Assembly (NCBI GenBank): GCA_010909165.1
Contig: MU008159.1
Span: forward strand, 1,116,001 to 1,180,000
Origin: Anthoceros angustus
Taxonomy: Eukaryota; Plantae; Anthocerotophyta
Reading direction: 5' to 3'
Length of the DNA: 64,000 nucleotides
Position numbers and translations under genes: made by a program. Within the stretch, counting starts at the first letter, position 1. The number at the start of each line of letters is the position of its first letter. The notes below the pieces were generated by a model. The model worked only from the letters and a program-made list of their open reading frames with translations. It searched no databases and was not told the DNA's origin. Shown piece by piece: positions 12,195 to 23,937 of the stretch.

Positions 12195-14113
12195 ATGAGG
12201 AGCGAACCAGTTTCAGCTCCATTGGCTGGTCATGATCAGACTTCTGGCTTTCGTAACGATTTGCGTCGCTTGCCGGTCTTCTTCCAGACTCTCACGATTG
12301 GTTTCGATGGGCAGATGTTCGGCAGCTCGTAGTCGACCACAAGCCTGGACACAACGCACATCACCCAACTCTAAGCTTTGGAGCCATATTCGCCATCTGT
12401 GTGGTGGTTTTCGTCTTTACCAAAATCTTTATCGGGGTGTTGTTGTATAGAAAGTGGACACGAACGAAACAGGTCTGCGAGGTACAGGTAACAGGTGAGT
12501 AACTGTCGTTTGCTTCTGGTCCTGACCGGTTTGCTTTCAGATCTGGACGAAGTGACTGATCCATCCTGGTGATGGCAGGTGGCAAGCTAGTTATGTTTCA
12601 GGGGTCTAGCCATGGGAAGACGGCTTCTCCTAATTTGAAAACAGTGTTGAAGAAAACGGAAGCTCTGACGAAGAAGGATATCATCGGAGCTGGGGGCTAC
12701 GGCACTGTCTACAAGCTGGTCCTGGATGATGACTCTGCTTATGCGGTCAAGAAGCTGGCTAGAGGAGGATTTGACAACGATCGTGGTTTCGAGAGAGAGC
12801 TGGAGACCCTGAGTGACATCAAGCACCGGAATCTCGTGACACTTCGGGGTTACTACAGCTCACCACAAGTGAATCTCCTAGTGTACGATTTGATGACCAA
12901 TGGCAGCCTTGATGATCATTTACACGGTAATTGGAACGCGCCGATGAGATTCCAAGACTCACTGGTTGCGAAGTCGTGCAAAATTGTATTGCTGCTCGGC
13001 CGTGTTTCAATATTCAACATCTGTCTTTCTCCAGAACTTCTGGAACTTCTGCAATGATGCCTATGTATGCTGATGGGTGCAGACAGGGCAAACGGTGCTG
13101 AGCCTCTCTCGTGGGCTCTCCGCCTTAATATTGCACTCGGATGTGCTCGTGGGCTTGCCTACCTTCATCACGACTGTGTTCCTCATGTCATTCATCGCGA
13201 CATCAAGGCAAGCAACATCCTCCTAGATGCGGATATGGAGGCACATGTCGGGGATTTCGGGCTGGCCAAACTGAAATGCCCTCAACAAACACACGTAACT
13301 ACAATCATCGCTGGCACTCTTGGGTACTTGCCTCCCGGTAAGCAACTCATGTGTCCCTCTCTGCATGCAATGAAAGAGTAGATCCTGTGTGCCTAGAGCA
13401 ATAGGACTAACGGTGACATGCCTGACATCTGTGCTTTGGCAGAGTACATTGACACTGGAAAGGTCACTGAGAAGGGCGACGTTTACAGCTATGGTGTTGT
13501 GTTGCTGGAACTCATAACTGGGAAAAGACCAACAAACGAACTTTTCCAAGAGTTCAATGTCGGTATCGTGGAATGGGTACGTGGACTCAAGATCCCTCTT
13601 CGACACTTAAATTGAGAACGGGGGATCTGGAAAGCCACAGCTAAAACTCTGTGCTGTCTTGACTAATTGCAGGTCACGGAAGCATACGAAAGTGGGCATG
13701 TCACTGACTGTGTTGACGAGGAGCTTTTGCACTCAGCATCAGATGAGCAGCTGACAGAGGCAACAGGCCTCGCGTGTCAATGCTTGAACCCTAATCCCAA
13801 GTTGAGGCCAACTATGCTGCAGGTCGTGAAAACGCTGGAAAGACAACAAGCCAAGTATGACAAGGGCCACACTTGCTCCATGCTTGTTGATCATGTGAGC
13901 GTTCCTTTCAAATGTACCGAGCCGCTTCTTGAAGACACACTAAGATTTGGAGCGAAGTATGACCATAACTTTATCCACAAGACTTCAAGTGACATCAGCA
14001 CTGAGGCAAGCACTTCTCGAGGGTCTACTACAGAGCTTCTTCGGAGCTCCACTGATACTCGGAGCTCCTCGAGTTTTGGCCCAAACCGATCGGACTCCGA
14101 CAGTTTTGTGTGA
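12195..14113 (+). CDS. Receptor-like Ser/Thr kinase with a very short ectodomain (At1g78530-like), about 6 exons
   Basis: Predicted exon 1 [11 protein letters not shown] (12195-12228) joins exon 2, which has the [29 protein letters not shown]. Then [61 protein letters not shown] and [10 protein letters not shown]. Ser-rich tail. The start exon is inferred. Confidence 0.88.
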
Positions 14114-14818
14114 TTTCTGGATCTAAGCTGGAGGCACGGTTGCCAAGGAGCTCTACTACTGCGTGTAGGGTGACCCGAAGTGGTACACACGCTTCTTAGG
14201 TTGCACATCTCTAAGCCGCAAGGTGAGGACATCTCAAGCCGTCCCTCCCTTCTCCCGTCATCTGCAGGCAACATTCCACACCTTTCCATTCGCCGTAGCC
14301 TGTATCTTGACTGCCGCGATGAGTTATGGCCCGATTGGAGCAATCACCCTTAAAGCTCTCAAGAGCTGGGCATTCGTCCATATTCCCGGACAATCTGGCA
14401 GAGCTGAAACTCATCCCCGCAGTTACTTTGCAGCAAAAATTTCCTCATCGCTTTACTTGGTCGGACCCCGCTTCATGCCATAATTGCCATTGTAGCCATT
14501 TCGATTCGCAAAAAGAGAGTCATGATGGGAGACCTTCCGAAGGATTATAGAATCTCTGGGCACTCGGAGTCAAAGGTGGCGATGGATAATGGAGGCTTTC
14601 GGTACACTGGTATTTCAATTGCTATATATGTAGATATCCATACGATTAGGCTAGGTTTAGGGCTTTTCCTCAATTTCGGATTCGGATCCCGGAGTTGGTC
14701 GATATGACCGGATGCCCCTTCCAACCACGGATCAGGTGGCATGCGAAGAATCAACACGGGAATGTTACTGATTTGAAGGCTGTGGGTCGTGGGCTTTCCA
14801 GAAGCTGGCTGTTGTAAC

Positions 14819-16768
14819 ATGTTTGGGAGGCTTCGGCGGTTTATGCTGGGTAGACTGATAGATCAGGTCCCTTCTAGAGCGGTTTCAGTGTATCAGCTCA
14901 GAAGACATGCAGCAGCAAAAGAGCATCCCGAGTTCAAGATAGAGCGGAAGGGAAACACGTTCATTTTGCAGCCAAATTCTTCGTCTGCTTGTCGCTCTGT
15001 GGACAAAGTATGCAGCTTGATTCAGCGGGGTGCTGTCAGCGTGGATGCTCTGGAGTCTCTGAGTTTACGCTTGTCTTCATACCACGTTGTAGAGGTCTTG
15101 AAACGTGAGATAGACACAGATGCAGCTGTTTGCTTTTTCAAATGGGCGAAGGAGAAAATTAGGGGGAAGCTCAGCAAGTCTGCTTACACAAAAATGATCA
15201 AGATTTTTGCTGATGCTGGTCGCTTCAGTGATGTTTGGAGACTGCTGGACGACATGAGCAACAATAGTGTTGAGATTGCAGATGTAACGTTCTGGACACT
15301 GATTAAGGGATACTGTAAATTAGGTGACACGACTGAAGCAGTGTACACGCTAAAACACATGGAGCAATATGGATGCAAGCCAACCACGGCGATGTGTAAC
15401 TACGTCATGAACGTGTCTTACAACAGTGGGTGCCGTGAAAAAGCTGAAAATTTGTACGGGCAAATGTTGGAATTAGGTTGTGTCCCTGATTGCTTCACCC
15501 ATTGCATTCGAATGGACAACTTCACGAAAGCTGGGGATGTTGATGCAGCTTGCACAGCTTTTCAAGCAATGAAGGACCAAGGATTCAAGCCGAATGCAGC
15601 AATGTACAGCAGCTTGATTGATTGTCTTGGTAGGGCTGGAAATTGGGAAGCAGCGAGCAATTTGTTTGAGGACATGAAGGCTAATGGGGTTGATGCCAAC
15701 TTGATTGTTTACAGTGCCCTTCTTCACAGCCTGGCTGCTGCAGGGAGGTCAGATGACGCTTACAGGCTTTTTCAGGACATGAGGAGGGCTGGCCTTGAAC
15801 CAACAGTGTTTACATACACTGGACTGATTACCGGCCTCATTAAAGTCAACTCTGTTCAGCGTAACTGGGCATTCCTTCTCGAGCTGGTGGAAGTGGGATT
15901 CAGTTCTGGCCCTGGGTGTGATTTTGATCCTTTCCTGTATATCCTCTCAAGTCTCCGCAAGTTAGGAAAAACAGACCTTGCGTGGGTGTTTTTGAAGGAG
16001 GTAAAAGCTGGTGGACACAAAATCAATTTCAATTCGTACTCCACTATCTTTCATGGTTTTCTTGAGTCTTGCAATGTGGAACAAGCACTTGAATTGCTGG
16101 AGGAACTTTCCCATGTTGGTGGGAGGTCTGTTGAGGCTATGTACAACGCTCTTATCAGCTGTCTTGGGAAGCAGGGGCAAGTAGATGATGCTTGTAATGT
16201 GCTTCAGAAGATGAAGCAGAACAACTGCACACCTTCGGTCATCACGTACACTCTTCTGATAGACATTCTCGGCAAGGCAGGGGCACAACCGGCTGTGGAG
16301 AAGTTGCTGTTAGAAATGGTGCAACATGGTTGCTCGCCAAATAACCACACATTCAATGTTGTTCTTAATAACCTGACGAAGGCAGGGAATGTACCAGAAG
16401 CATTTAGAGTATTCAAAGGAATGGAGCAGCCTGATATTTTCTCATACAACATTGTTATAAATGCTCTTGGCAAGATTGGCAAGGTAGATGCAGCTTGCCA
16501 ACTGTATAAGGAGATGAAAAGTAGGGGCTGCTTGCCTGATGTCATAACTTACAACAATATCATAGCCAGCCTTGTGAAAGCAGGGAGGAAGGATCATGCT
16601 TTGGACGTTTTAAGTGAGATGGGAACAAGTGGGTGCTTTCCGAATGACATTACACGAATGATCCTTCAAAAGGCTCATTCAGAAAATAAAGCGTATGGGG
16701 ATGTGCTTGAGGTTTGCAGCAACATGATGCATCCAGGTCAACCTGCGAGCAGAAGTGCCCAGGCTTGA
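14819..16768 (+). CDS. P-class pentatricopeptide repeat protein (intronless), probably organelle-targeted
   Basis: Tandem 35-aa PPR motifs, e.g. MYSSLIDCLGRAGNWEAASNLFEDMKANGVDAN. The Arg-rich N-terminus MFGRLRRFMLGRL resembles a mitochondrial presequence. No E or DYW domain. Confidence 0.93.
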   Translation: MFGRLRRFMLGRLIDQVPSRAVSVYQLRRHAAAKEHPEFKIERKGNTFILQPNSSSACRSVDKVCSLIQRGAVSVDALESLSLRLSSYHVVEVLKREIDTDAAVCFFKWAKEKIRGKLSKSAYTKMIKIFADAGRFSDVWRLLDDMSNNSVEIADVTFWTLIKGYCKLGDTTEAVYTLKHMEQYGCKPTTAMCNYVMNVSYNSGCREKAENLYGQMLELGCVPDCFTHCIRMDNFTKAGDVDAACTAFQAMKDQGFKPNAAMYSSLIDCLGRAGNWEAASNLFEDMKANGVDANLIVYSALLHSLAAAGRSDDAYRLFQDMRRAGLEPTVFTYTGLITGLIKVNSVQRNWAFLLELVEVGFSSGPGCDFDPFLYILSSLRKLGKTDLAWVFLKEVKAGGHKINFNSYSTIFHGFLESCNVEQALELLEELSHVGGRSVEAMYNALISCLGKQGQVDDACNVLQKMKQNNCTPSVITYTLLIDILGKAGAQPAVEKLLLEMVQHGCSPNNHTFNVVLNNLTKAGNVPEAFRVFKGMEQPDIFSYNIVINALGKIGKVDAACQLYKEMKSRGCLPDVITYNNIIASLVKAGRKDHALDVLSEMGTSGCFPNDITRMILQKAHSENKAYGDVLEVCSNMMHPGQPASRSAQA

Positions 16769-17939
16769 GACCACTTCCCCTTTGCGAATGACGAAGTCAA
16801 GGCAAGGACAGGTTTTCAGCATGTGCTTCCTTGCCTTCATCCGAGGCATTCCTCATAGAGGTCTGATGTTTGCACAAATGCATCAGGATGTCCTTGACTC
16901 TCCAGTTTTTTGATTGCGTTGTATCTGGCTGCAACAGGGTATGGTACATGGCTGAGACTGCCCTAACTTGAAACAACCTTGTCTGTGGAAGGTCTTTTGC
17001 TGCTCCTGGATCAGTGGTGGTCGTCAGGGCCCCACTAGTGAGTTTAATACTCTAGCTACAGCAATTCTTGGAAATGTAAGTGCAGACTGAAACTAGGAGT
17101 GGCTGACGCTACGATCTGTCAGGTGTGGTGAGTATTAACCGTATATGTTTGTTGTGGCTCTCTCCTTGCAGCTCCTTTTAGGCTGCTCCATGCAAGGTAA
17201 TGAAGCAGCCAGGCAATCCTTGCTCCCTCACTACTGCGGCTTTGTGGACGGCGGGGTACAGTGGCAACAGTTGGCAACTCTTTTTCTGTTACGACTCTGA
17301 AGTGCTTCAAGCAGAAATTCTGGATGTGAGGAAATTGCTGTCCAAGTCCTTTCAGGAAAACTATGTCACGGAATCCTGAGGGGTCGAGGCAGCGCCTTTT
17401 AACCCAAGGAACATTTCACTTTGCGCAGATGAATCAGATTACTGTCATGTAGCATAGGCATTCTTAGGCCGAGGTACTGGCTCCTGCTAAATAGAATTAA
17501 TATATGGACCTTGCTCTTCCTGGACGTCTCGAAGAATTGTGGAGTCGTCCTCAACCTTCCCACATTCGTACTGAATTTCAGAACGCAGAAAGACTCAGTA
17601 TACGAGCGAGTAAAACCACTCATGCCGGTGTACGTCAGTATGTAGTTGACAACATTATTGGTTCACAATTTTCATTCCATTCAACAGCCCAGCTCGTCCA
17701 ACAAAAATGCTCAAGCTTGAGATCAAATTATACCCAGTAAAGCCCTGGTTTCTCATACTATCCAAAGAAGCTCGGACAATGTACTGATACCACCTTTGTC
17801 TGGGATGCTGAACTCCGTAGCAACACTCTCCAGGTACAAAATTGTTACGGTTCGCTGTTCTGAAAGGTGGCATGCAAACGAGAGTCCCCGCATACAGTCA
17901 GGCGCAATCCCATCCAACAATTTCATCTTACCACGGATA

Positions 17940-19090
17940 TCACCGGCGGCGGATACTGCGGGAGAGCCCAGGGTCCGAGGGACACTCAACCGCCATGTGC
18001 CCTCGACCACCACAGTTGTTACACACAACAACCTGCAGGCAATCCTTGCTCTTGTGGCCGGGGAGCTTGCAGTTCCGGCACACAATATCCACAAAAGCAG
18101 GCACAGCTGCTCCTCTTGTTGCACTGCCAAGTCTTGGGCAGTCACGGGCTATATGCCCAGCCTGGCTACACCCATTGCATACTGGGCTGTTAATGCAGTC
18201 TCGTGCCAGATGACCAGACTGGCGGCAGTTGTTACAAGCCTTCTCATTGGGACAATCCACTGAAACATGGCCAGGTCTGTAGCAGTTGTTGCAGAGCCTT
18301 GACTTTGGTAACCCTACTTCTTGGGCCGCACATCCTTTTGCAATGTGACCTGGCTTTCCACATACGTTGCACACAGGCTCATTATGGCATTCACTCGCAA
18401 TATGTCCAGGCTTCTTACAATTTCGGCACAGCGGCTCAGTGGGGCATGCTGCAGCAATATGCCTGTGGGACAACGCAATAGACAATCAGCACATGCAATG
18501 CCAAACTAATGAATGTAAGCAACAGACATCTACCTGCCCACTGCAAATCAGAGTCAAAAGGACGTAGTTCTACCCAGACAAACCACAGTTGTTGCAGACT
18601 GCTGCATTTGGGCAGTCCCTGGCGAAATGTCCAGACCTCCTGCAGTTGTTGCAGAGCTCCACAAGCGGCCTGCATAAAAGGAGAACCATGAGAGGAAGCC
18701 CGTGAGCGTCTGAGAGAAACAGAGGGCATGCAGGAGCCTTGGTAATGCTTGGAATCCTATGGAACCTATTCAACTTTTCACAAACCAACACAGCTGGAAC
18801 AATAACACACAACTAGTAGCATGCTAATGATAAAATATGCAGATCACAACATCGCAAGTCCAACAACAACGAGGTGTGCAAGTTAAACGGTACCTTCCAT
18901 TAGACCGAGGAAAACCACCACCGCCACCCCCACCACTACCACTTTTCTCCCTCGGAAACATCTTGTAAGGGGTACTCCGACGAAAGGCCCGTTTGCTGAC
19001 AATTCCACTTTGGATGCGACGACCAGAGCCTCGGGTCAGGTCATCCAGGCTCATACCGAGCTTAGCCTGAGTATCCAGGACAACCGACAT
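17940..19090 (-). CDS. GIS2/CNBP-like protein with 9 CCHC zinc knuckles and an ALY-like N-terminus; GC-rich copy
   Basis: Exons 19090-18894, 18669-18574 and 18462-17940 join in frame via GT-AG. There are nine CX2CX4HX4C knuckles. The N-terminus is MSVVLDTQAKLGMSLDDL...RRSTPY. A long 5' UTR intron is likely at about 20353-19113. Confidence 0.93.
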
Positions 19091-20701
19091 CCAGCCTGCT
19101 CTATAGAGGCACCTTAAATAAGTTATCAGGTGACGTGCCCTGCGTTAACCCTGATGGAATGCTTTATCCCAGAGAGGTAGAACGGTTGAATACGTCCTGA
19201 CTAAAGATTCATCCAAACTGTGCACAGCTGTCAAGTTTCTCCTCCCTTCTTCCTCCAAACCCAACAAGGCACGTCACCTCCACCTCCTTCTTCAGCCCTT
19301 CACCCTCCTCCGCTCTCCTCCTCCGTTCTCCCACAACCGATTCTCTAAGAACTACAGCAAATCCCTTTACACAGAATGGTGACTCCAACATTATGACCCA
19401 AGACATGTGTGTACTACAGTCATTCAGAAAAAGTACGCAGTAAAATGGCGCAGCCACACTTGAGAAATGGAAACGACCTACTACAGGCAACACAAGGCTA
19501 CCAACATCAGTTATAACCACATCTGCAGTGCCAGCTGCCATTCCGGCATGCAACCTAGTTTTTCACGACAAAATATATGTTAACAGCAACTCCTACATGA
19601 GGAAAGCAAAGAGTCATCCTATCTGCAAGTGCTGCAGATAGAAATACGCACCTAGATCTTGAACGAAGCGTGCACGCGGCCTATGTGAGGCACAAGGGCT
19701 ATTTCACCTGCAAAGACTTGAGCCCAGCAACCAGTCAGTATCGCAGCCAGAGCGGACCAATATACGACACTGCACGAGGGGACAAGGTCTAGCGGTGGCA
19801 TCAGGTACAGCAGGAAGCACGGAGTAGGAACATCAATCTAGCCAAGGACCTCAAATCCCCACTAACACCCAAGACACGTAAGTCAACACGATTACATGTG
19901 TCCCAGAGCTGGACATCAAAAACATCGGACTGAGCTCCGCATTCCGTCAAAAGCACGGATAACATAGAACCAAGAAACTAACCACGTTGAAGACAGTAAA
20001 GGAACAGATTCCAAATCCAAAGGCTGAGAGGAGGTGGAAATAGGGCAGACACAAGCTGCTAAGCATCAGTTCCCGCTAAGAAATAACGAGCTGGATAGCG
20101 ATAGGATAGTAGGAGATGGAAACCATTCACATTCCAACAGAGAATCAAGGAGTGGGTGGGGGGTGGCGAGGGGAGGGGGTGGCGATGCACAGAACCCTAG
20201 GTCGCGCAAGAGTGTACCATCCCAACAAGAGTCAAATGCGGCATCATTCGAGAGGACAACGGGAAGGGATAAGCCCCAAAGGTAGGGAGAGGAGATGGCT
20301 CTGGAGCACCAAGTAGAAGTAAGACAAAGCGGAGCACTCCAAGGTATGGAATACCTTACAAGTTAGGCACCCCAGCGTTGGAGCTGAGAGTCAGCAACAG
20401 CAGGTCTCACAAGGGAAGCGCTCGATTCCGCGAGCTGAACACCGCAAACTCCAAAGCGCTGAATCTCGCAGCTGATACCCCCGACGCCGCCGGGCCACTC
20501 CCTGACTGCGTACCAACACAAACCACACGGAAGACTAGGTAGGTTGTTTTTATTGCAGGAATTCCGTTCACATACAGACACAGGTATGTAGGTATAGGTA
20601 CCCAATTTTTAAATTGAGCTGGTGAGTTCTTAAATTACTATTTTTCCAAAAAGTGGTGCACTGCTGACTGTTCCGTTATCGAGAGCTGGGGCTGGCCTAT
20701 C

Positions 20702-22383
20702 TAGAGTATCCGGGCCACATCCCGGCAACTTAACCCTGGACCGGCATGTGAGGTTGTGACATTCGTACCTCAACAATTCATAGCCGCTTCTTTCTGTTTC
20801 TTCCGGTTTTCTGAGGTGTTTATTAGGTGGCAAAGACCACTAGGCATGCATGCATTAATGACCATTGATCACAAATTGAACTTGAATTTCACGTCCAGTG
20901 TTTGTCTCGCTGGACCCTCTCTCCCAAAGCTCAAGGCAACCTCTAATGTTGGGCTTATTTTCACACTTCACAATGTGTCTCACTTGTGGGTACTTCTCCC
21001 GCTAGACTCTCTCTCGTACTTGCCTGCGTGCAAATCCGAGATTAGTCTCATTCCATGCTTGGCTGGCTACTCGAAAGCCATTTGAGATGAGCCACAACAT
21101 AAACAAGACTTGGAGCCTGAATATGAAGAGGAATTGGAGCCGAGACATGAAGAGCAATTGAAGCCTATACAAGAAGAGGAATTGGAGCGTGCACATGAAT
21201 AGGATTGGGAGCCTGAGGCATTTCATAATGCCTCTATTGAATTTGATGGTGCAATAGAATTGCCGCTACAGTTGTCACACGGAAACATGGATGAAATGCA
21301 TACAGATGGACAATGTGTAGGAGTGGAGGCTCATGGTGGCCCTAGCATTACATTGCACATGTGGATGAAAAGCAAGCATTCCAAGCAGTGATGCCATCGC
21401 ACTAGGTGGGCGCATCACATAGGGCTTTTAACACGAAAGATTGACGGAGGCAGCCATGTTGCAGATATCATGTGCTTGCCTACCATGGAGAAGCTTCTCG
21501 TTGACAACTCTAAGAAGAAGAAGTCCTTTGCACATTCCCAGCTTGTAACAGTAGATGAGTGGATCACAGCAGAGGTAAGGAGGAAGGAGGAAAAGGCTGC
21601 TTTGTTAGAGGAGAAACAAAAGAGGAAGCAAACTCGTATCCAGGAAAGATTGAGGAAGGAAGAGGTTGAAGCTGAGTGGAGAAACGAAAACCCGTGGCCA
21701 ATTCCAAGCAAGGCCGAGAAGAAACTAGCTATGGCAAGGTGGAAATTTGAAGCAAGGAGGAGTCACATGCTATTCTAGCCAACAGAGCTCCAACAAATTT
21801 GCATGGAGTGAATCTCTATCCTAGAGAGCCTGCAATCTTATGCTAAGCCATCAAGCATACCAATAGAGAAATAGTGCCTTGCAAGACTGGCAAATCTGCA
21901 GCACATGAGAAAACTAATAGTCCTATAGCACTTGATGTTCTCCATGGCAACCATAGCAAATTTTGGGTTGCATTATGGAGTGTGTGTGGTGGTATGATGG
22001 ATGCCTTGTCACGGTCATGGAGCTCGCGAATCAAAAAGGCCAATGCACGCCGAAGTGTGGAGAGTTCGTTTGCATGGAGCTCGCGAATCAAAAAGGCCAA
22101 TGCACGCCGAAGTGTGGAGAGTTCGTTTGCATGTGAGAGCCTAAACGCTAGATTGGCGACATGGGTGGCGCTCAAGGTGCCGACAAGTGGAGCCAAAGAG
22201 CGTTTTCTTTGAAACCTCATGTTTCATAATTATTACATTTATGATATACTATAAAAATTAAAGATGCCAGTACTACATATTATGGTGAACCTAATTATAA
22301 TTATTTTATAATATTTTGAATTTATTTTCTATATATCAATTATTTATGACCTTAACTTGCTGGGATATGGTCAGGGTACTCTA
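20702..22383. mobile_element. Non-autonomous Tc1/mariner-pogo-like DNA transposon (imperfect ~30-bp TIRs, TA target site)
   Basis: TA-GAGTATCCGGGCCACATCCCGGCAACTTAA (20702-20733) is an imperfect inverted repeat of TTAACTTGCTGGGATATGGTCAGGGTACTC-TA (22352-22383). Internal ORF remnant 21470-21778 (SQLVTVDEWITAEVRRKEEKAALLEEKQKRKQ) resembles the charged C-terminal region of pogo-like transposases. It has internal 24-bp (~21100-21215) and 57-bp (~22017-22130) tandem duplications. Confidence 0.72.
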
Positions 22384-22859
22384 CCAACTTCCAAAAACAA
22401 TTGCTCACAGCCTTGTGGGGGGTAGGATTGATGAGTCCAGACCTATTAGTTGATATAGCCATTCAGTGCTTAAAACTTATTTTTTATTTAGTTAAAAAAC
22501 ATAAAAATTATTACACTGAATGCCTAAGTTTAGAGAAATTGGATATGGCATAAACATGGAGAGGGATGTATACAAATTTCTATTTTCTTTAATAAAAAAC
22601 TAAATTACAAGTAGATTCTTTTCCATTACCTAATTAAAATATTCAAACCTTGTTTGCTTAATGGCCTACCAATAAACAATTAAGGGATTCAACACAACGG
22701 TGCCTCATAGTTGTATCAATTGCTGTACTTGATGTAGAGAATTTAGTTTTAATGGTTGGTTTAAAAGGTTAGTTATTTTTATTATATTAATAATATGATA
22801 AACTTTTTAAATTTATATGATGAAGAGAAAAGTCTTGTCATTTAGCAAATTAGATGATG

Positions 22860-23937
22860 TCAACGTCGCATTCCTCGTGCTAACATAGGGTCTGAGGGAC
22901 ATTCTACTGCCATATGACCTCGACCTCCACAATTGTTGCATATAACAACTTGCAAGCAATCCTTACTTTTGTGCCCAGGAAGTTTGCAATTTCGACAAAC
23001 GATATCAGCAAACCCTGACACAATTGGTCCTCTTGGTGCGTTAATATTTGGGCAATCTCGAGCAATATGTCCAGTTTGACTGCATCCATTACAAACTGGA
23101 TCATTTGTACAATCACGTGCCAAATGTCCAGGTTGACGGCAATTGTTACAGGCTTTCTCATTAGGGCAATCCATTGATACATGCCCAGGTCGATAACAAT
23201 TATTACAAAGCCTTGATTTTGGTAATCCCATTTCTTGGGATGCACACCCTTTTGCAATATGACCTGATTTTCCACACATATTGCATACTGGTTCATTGTG
23301 GCATTCACTTGCAATGTGCCCCGGCTTCTTACAGTTTCTACATAGGGGCTCCGTTGGGCATACTGCTGCAATGTGTCTAGAAGAGTAGATGCAAATGCAC
23401 AATTTAGTATGAGTCAATAGATATATATAATTATATAATACATTTTAATAATAAAAAATAATATGTAAATAAAATTTGTAAGACCATACCCCGAGACACC
23501 ACAGTTATTGCATACTGCAGCGTTAGGGCAATCTCTTGCAAAATGACCGGTTCGTCGACAATTGTTACATAGTTCTAAAAGGGGTCTACAAGACATGATA
23601 AATGAGTTAGTAGAAAACCAACAAAAGGAAATAATCATGGAGATCTTGAAAACATGAAATTGAATTAAAAAAGAGAGAAAAACAATAATTATGTTCCATT
23701 TATTCAAGTTGTAAGCATGATGTCTAAAATTTTTTTGTGGTATAAAGGGCATGGATACCTGGAAGATCTATTGAAGCCACCGCCTGTCTTCTCTCTTGAA
23801 AATATTTTGTAGGGTGCACTTCGTCTAGAACCTCGTTTACTTACTACACCACTTTGCATTCGACGATTGGAGCCTCGAGAAGCAAGATCGTCGAGACTCA
23901 TGGTAAGCTTTGCCTGTGTGTTTAGGACATCCGACAT
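22860..23937 (-). CDS. GIS2/CNBP-like protein with 9 CCHC zinc knuckles and an ALY-like N-terminus; AT-rich paralog
   Basis: Exons 23937-23759, 23585-23490 and 23376-22860 have the same intron positions and phases as 17940-19090. The ORF is intact. The N-terminus is MSDVLNTQAKLTMSLDDL...RRSAPY. Confidence 0.92.
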
